NCBI GenBank assembly: GCA_035252415.1
Contig: DATFDC010000489.1
Coordinates: 1 to 38,944, forward strand
Direction of reading: 5' to 3'
Length of the DNA: 38,944 nucleotides
Origin: Solirubrobacteraceae bacterium
GTDB taxonomy: Bacteria; Actinomycetota; Thermoleophilia; Solirubrobacterales; Solirubrobacteraceae
The number at the start of each line of letters is the position of its first letter. Position 1 is the first letter of the stretch. The notes below the pieces were generated by a model. That model was not told the origin of the DNA. It ran no database searches and saw only the letters and a list, made by a program, of their open reading frames with translations. Positions 35,557-38,944 of this stretch are shown in pieces. The position numbers were made by a program, and so were the translations under genes.

Positions 35557-36858
35557 TCAGCGCTCAGACCGCGCCGCCTCTGCCTCACGGCGGGCTTCCG
35601 CTCGCTGCTCGGCGATCCGCGCGCGCTCGGCCTCGCGCCGTAGCCGCGATTGGCGCAGCGCGTCGGCGGCGGAGGGGATGTCGCGCTCCAGATCGAGTTC
35701 GACCGGCTCGCCGGCGGGCTCGGGGCCCTCGCCGAACGCGTCGCCGCCGCTGCGGCTGGCCAGGTAGGGCGAGAGGTAGCGTCCGGCGATCTTGGTCGGC
35801 GGCCACCACAGCGCGCGCCTCACCGCCTCTCCCTCCCCGCCGCCCCCGGTCGCATCGTGGCGCATCCACTCCTTCCCGCGGCCGGTGAGCATCATTCCCC
35901 GCAGCACGGGGCGAAACGGCAGCGGCTCGATGTCAGCGCCGGCGTACGCAGCGATCGACTCGGCGGCCGCGTCCGCCTGCTGGGACGCCAGGCCGCCCTG
36001 CTTGACCGGGAAGGCGATCGCGTCGCCGGCCGCCCACACCGCCTCGATGTCCGGAACCCGGCCGTTCAGGTCGGTCGGGATGAAGCCGCGTGAGTTTGCC
36101 GGAAGCCCCGCCAGACCGGGTCCGACTGCGCGGGGCAGCGCGACGACCCGCTCGGCCTCGAGCACCCGCTCGCCAGGATGCAGAATCAACCGGCCGTGCT
36201 CATGCGGGTCCTCGGCCACGTACACGCCGGTCTCCGCCTCCACGCCGGCCTCCTCGAGGTCGTGGCGCAGCGCCGCGGTTGCACGGGTGCCGAATAGTCC
36301 AAGGGGCGCGTCCTCCGGCGTGTAGATGGTGACCTTCACGTCGTCGTGTCCCATGCCCCAGGCCTGCCAGGCGGTCATCAACGCCAGCTCGTACGCGGGG
36401 AGCGCCCACGCCACCCCGGGCGGCACGACGAATGCCACCCGCCGGCTGTATCCCTCCTCGAGATCACGCAGCAGCCCTCCGAACACGTTCGCGTCGGTCT
36501 CCGGCGTCCATGTGAGCACGCGCCGGTAGGCGGGCTCCGAGCCGGCTCCGACCGCGACCAGCAGGGCGTCATAGGCCAGGCGCTCGTGCTTGCTCGTCAG
36601 GACAGTGTGGCCGCCTGCGTCTACCTCACTGATTCCGGCTTGGATCAGCTCCACCTCGAGATCGGAGGCGATGTCCGCCAGCCGGAAGCGATCGGCGCGA
36701 CCGCGGCCGAAGGGCTCGGCCACGGCCATCGGCCGGTAGACGAACTCTGGATCCGGGGACAGCAGGATCGGCTCCACACGACCCGCGCCAAGGTCTCGCA
36801 GCGCGAGTAGCGCCTCCAGCCCGGCCACGCCGCCACCGGCGATCAGAACACGAAGCAT
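35557..36858 (-). CDS. SQR-fold NAD(P)/FAD-dependent oxidoreductase, paralog 3 (no cysteine)
   Basis: VLIAGGGVAG, WALPAYELAL, VWAAGD...FPVKQGGLASQQAD, WWPPTKIAGRYLSPYL; charged helical C-terminal tail. Confidence 0.87.
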   Translation of the reverse strand: MLRVLIAGGGVAGLEALLALRDLGAGRVEPILLSPDPEFVYRPMAVAEPFGRGRADRFRLADIASDLEVELIQAGISEVDAGGHTVLTSKHERLAYDALLVAVGAGSEPAYRRVLTWTPETDANVFGGLLRDLEEGYSRRVAFVVPPGVAWALPAYELALMTAWQAWGMGHDDVKVTIYTPEDAPLGLFGTRATAALRHDLEEAGVEAETGVYVAEDPHEHGRLILHPGERVLEAERVVALPRAVGPGLAGLPANSRGFIPTDLNGRVPDIEAVWAAGDAIAFPVKQGGLASQQADAAAESIAAYAGADIEPLPFRPVLRGMMLTGRGKEWMRHDATGGGGEGEAVRRALWWPPTKIAGRYLSPYLASRSGGDAFGEGPEPAGEPVELDLERDIPSAADALRQSRLRREAERARIAEQRAEARREAEAARSER

Positions 36859-36868
36859 CGAGACCTCC

Positions 36869-37441
36869 TCACATCATCAGCCGTTCTTTACGATGACGCT
36901 CGTCCGCCAGCACGCTGGCCAGCCGAGCCAGCCGGTAGGCGCGGTAGCGGGTGCTCCTGAGCCTCGAGTCCGACAGCGGCGATGCGCCTTCGACGACATC
37001 GTGAGCCGGCCACGCTTCGACCTCAAGCTCGAACCCTCGCGGCCCAACGATCACAGCTCCCCAGCGATAGAGCGCGTCGTAGATTGGGTGGAGCACCGAG
37101 TCCGGGGCTATGCGCTCGGGTTCATCGGTGAACACCGTCACCACCTTGTCGTACATCGCCCCCAGCCGGCTGCGGCTCCAGTGCGGGTCGGTGCTCTTGA
37201 TGAAATCCATCAACTCGGGCGCAGGGCCGCTGTCGCCGACCGGGGTGCCGAAGGCAATCCCATTCGCCCATTCCAGATCACGAAGGGTCGGCTGTTTGTG
37301 CGGGCCGACCGCTCCGGGCGTTTCCGTCCCGACCAGGCGTCGGAGACGCACATCGGACGCCAGGTGCCCGGCCGCCTGGCCGAACGCCTGCGCGACCTCG
37401 GTCAGATCGCCCGCGTAGATGACGGCGATGTTCGCGCTCAC
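36869..37441 (-). CDS. Degenerate WrbA/flavodoxin-like protein
   Basis: IAVIY, VRLRR, TLRDLEWANGIAFGTP, DKVVTVFT, YRWGAVIV match WrbA, but the FMN-binding loops are altered. Confidence 0.7.
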   Translation of the reverse strand: MSANIAVIYAGDLTEVAQAFGQAAGHLASDVRLRRLVGTETPGAVGPHKQPTLRDLEWANGIAFGTPVGDSGPAPELMDFIKSTDPHWSRSRLGAMYDKVVTVFTDEPERIAPDSVLHPIYDALYRWGAVIVGPRGFELEVEAWPAHDVVEGASPLSDSRLRSTRYRAYRLARLASVLADERHRKERLMM

Positions 37442-37490
37442 CGCAACTTGCTCCTACCCGCCGAGTCGAGCTGGCGACCCGACCCGGGGC

Positions 37491-37934
37491 TCATGGCTCG
37501 AGCTCGCCGTTCACACTGATCTGGACGTTGCCGCGCAGGGCGTTCGAGACCGGGCACAGGTTTGCCGCCTGTTCGAGCGCCTGATCGAATTCAGGTTGGC
37601 CGAGCCCGGGCACCCGTGCGCGGACGGTGAGCGCGACGGTGGTGATCTTCGGCGCGCCGTCGACCTCGTCGAGCGTGCACTGGGCGCTCACGGTCAGGCG
37701 CTCGGGTGGGCTGTGCGCCTCTCCGAGCATGAGCGATAGCGCCATCGCGAAGCAGCTCGCGTGCGCCGCGGCGATCAGCTCCTCGGGGCTGGTCTTGCCG
37801 CCGGGCTGTTCGGTGCGCGACGCCCAGGTAACCGGGAGCTGCCCCAGCGCGCCGCTGCCGCTCGAGATGGTTCCGGCGCCGCTGGCCAGCGACCCCTCCC
37901 AGGTGATTTGCGCTTCTCGGGTTGCGATCGGCAT
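37491..37934 (-). CDS. osmC: OsmC family peroxiredoxin
   Basis: WEGSL..G.G, TSPEELIAAAHASCFAMAL, CPVSNAL; AAGGAG RBS before ATG 37934. Confidence 0.93.
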   Translation of the reverse strand: MPIATREAQITWEGSLASGAGTISSGSGALGQLPVTWASRTEQPGGKTSPEELIAAAHASCFAMALSLMLGEAHSPPERLTVSAQCTLDEVDGAPKITTVALTVRARVPGLGQPEFDQALEQAANLCPVSNALRGNVQISVNGELEP

Positions 37935-37992
37935 CGTTACTCCTTGTTCGGGTGACACATCTCCTGCGTCGGTTCGGGGTCCGAGCCTTACG

Positions 37993-38944
37993 TCACGCGA
38001 GGATTCGGTTCCCCCCGATCAGCCGTCGGCCGCTGGCGAGCATGGCCAGGAATACCACCAGCCAGACCCCGGCTCCAACCCACACCCAGACTCGGGCGAA
38101 GTCGACGATCCCGGGCGTGTTCGTGAGCTCCCCGACGATGAAGCTGCACGCGGCGTACATGCCGACTGGGAACACCGTCGACCAGCGGCGCACGTTGTAG
38201 GAGAGCCGCGGGCGGAGGATCTCGGCTCCGACCAGGACGGGCAGCCAGGCCATGCTCAGGCACCACAGCACGAGCGAGATCGTCTCGACCGGGCCGTGGC
38301 CGTGCCATAGCGTGTCGGTGCGCTGGGCGGCCAGGGCGATCCTCCCGGCGGCCACGGTCGAGATGGCCAGCGCGCCGCCGGTGACCCAGTGGTCGCCTTT
38401 CCCGATGGCCAGCTGGCGGAACTGGAATCGGCACAGGACGAATGCGTAGAAGCCGAGACCGAGACAGAACGGCACGAGGGAGGCGTAGAGCAGCCACGCG
38501 GCGCGCTGTGAGAAGGCCAGGGTGGCGCCGAGCAGCGCGAGCGACTCGGTGGCCACGGTCAGGATGAAGGAGGCGCCGATCGTGGGGGTCTGCCAGTGGC
38601 GCAGCACGTGCGGGACCAGACCGAGCCAGATCGCCGTGGCCAGGACAAGCAGGCCGGCGCCCGCCCAGTCCCAGCCGGCCAGCGTAAGCCGAGTGCCGAG
38701 TACCTCGGTTCCCGCGATTGCGGTCAGCGCGGTCGGGTGCCGGAGATCGACGGCAAACCGCCGGCGGTCCCGGGCCGCGCGGGCCGGTAGCAGTACCGCC
38801 AAGACCAGCCAGAGCGCAGCGTCGAGGACGAGCAGGATGCTCGAGAGCGTGGACCGGCCGTCGAGGAGCAGCGCGACCGACACGATGCCGGTGCCCATGA
38901 CGACGGCTCCGGAGGCAGGCGGGATCGAGTCGAGAATGACCGTC
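37993..38944 (-). CDS. TDT/SLAC1 (tellurite resistance/C4-dicarboxylate transporter) family protein, 5'-partial
   Basis: PPASGAVVMGTGIVS, TVATESLA, DHWVTGGALAIS, WSTVFPVGMYA; frame stays open to the window edge. Confidence 0.88.
   Translation of the reverse strand, partial: TVILDSIPPASGAVVMGTGIVSVALLLDGRSTLSSILLVLDAALWLVLAVLLPARAARDRRRFAVDLRHPTALTAIAGTEVLGTRLTLAGWDWAGAGLLVLATAIWLGLVPHVLRHWQTPTIGASFILTVATESLALLGATLAFSQRAAWLLYASLVPFCLGLGFYAFVLCRFQFRQLAIGKGDHWVTGGALAISTVAAGRIALAAQRTDTLWHGHGPVETISLVLWCLSMAWLPVLVGAEILRPRLSYNVRRWSTVFPVGMYAACSFIVGELTNTPGIVDFARVWVWVGAGVWLVVFLAMLASGRRLIGGNRILA

Noticed and set aside
7280-36858. Calling the three flavoproteins sqr or ndh
   Set aside because: Catalytic cysteines and the second nucleotide-binding glycine motif are missing
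1-38944. CRISPR arrays, rRNA/tRNA genes, riboswitches and canonical M. tuberculosis DosR boxes
   Set aside because: None recognised by eye; a covariance-model search would be needed to exclude structured RNAs in 25940-26130, 26430-26860 and 27270-27710

Overview
High-GC actinobacterial chromosomal region. Gene content suggests Thermoleophilia/Solirubrobacterales, which is an inference. 1-7 kb holds stress and detoxification genes (RraA, DUF899, VOC, alpha/beta hydrolase, CMD plus ECF41/SigJ, YciI) with recognisable back-to-back ECF promoters. 7-23 kb is a DosRS-like hypoxia/redox module: a heme-GAF kinase, two NarL-type regulators, a PAS-GAF kinase, xfp-ackA, a GNAT/ADP-forming acyl-CoA ligase, PNPOx-like and hemerythrin genes. 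23-39 kb is a mosaic of redox and regulatory genes (NfeD/SPFH, CMDs, MarR, DoxX, ferredoxin, ECF sigma, DUF6166, DUF2188, DUF488, FNR, murB, OsmC, TDT). The main points of interest are: (i) a ferredoxin-coupled ORF with six tandem Myb/SANT-like HTH repeats, only partly captured by the ORF track; (ii) three paralogous SQR-fold flavoproteins lacking the SQR catalytic cysteines, two of them next to two-component genes; (iii) several gene relics, including a sigma region-4 duplicate, an internally deleted acyl-CoA dehydrogenase and a frameshifted PNPOx; (iv) a recurring candidate operator. No RNA genes, CRISPR arrays or mobile elements were seen. All family calls are by motif recognition, not database search.
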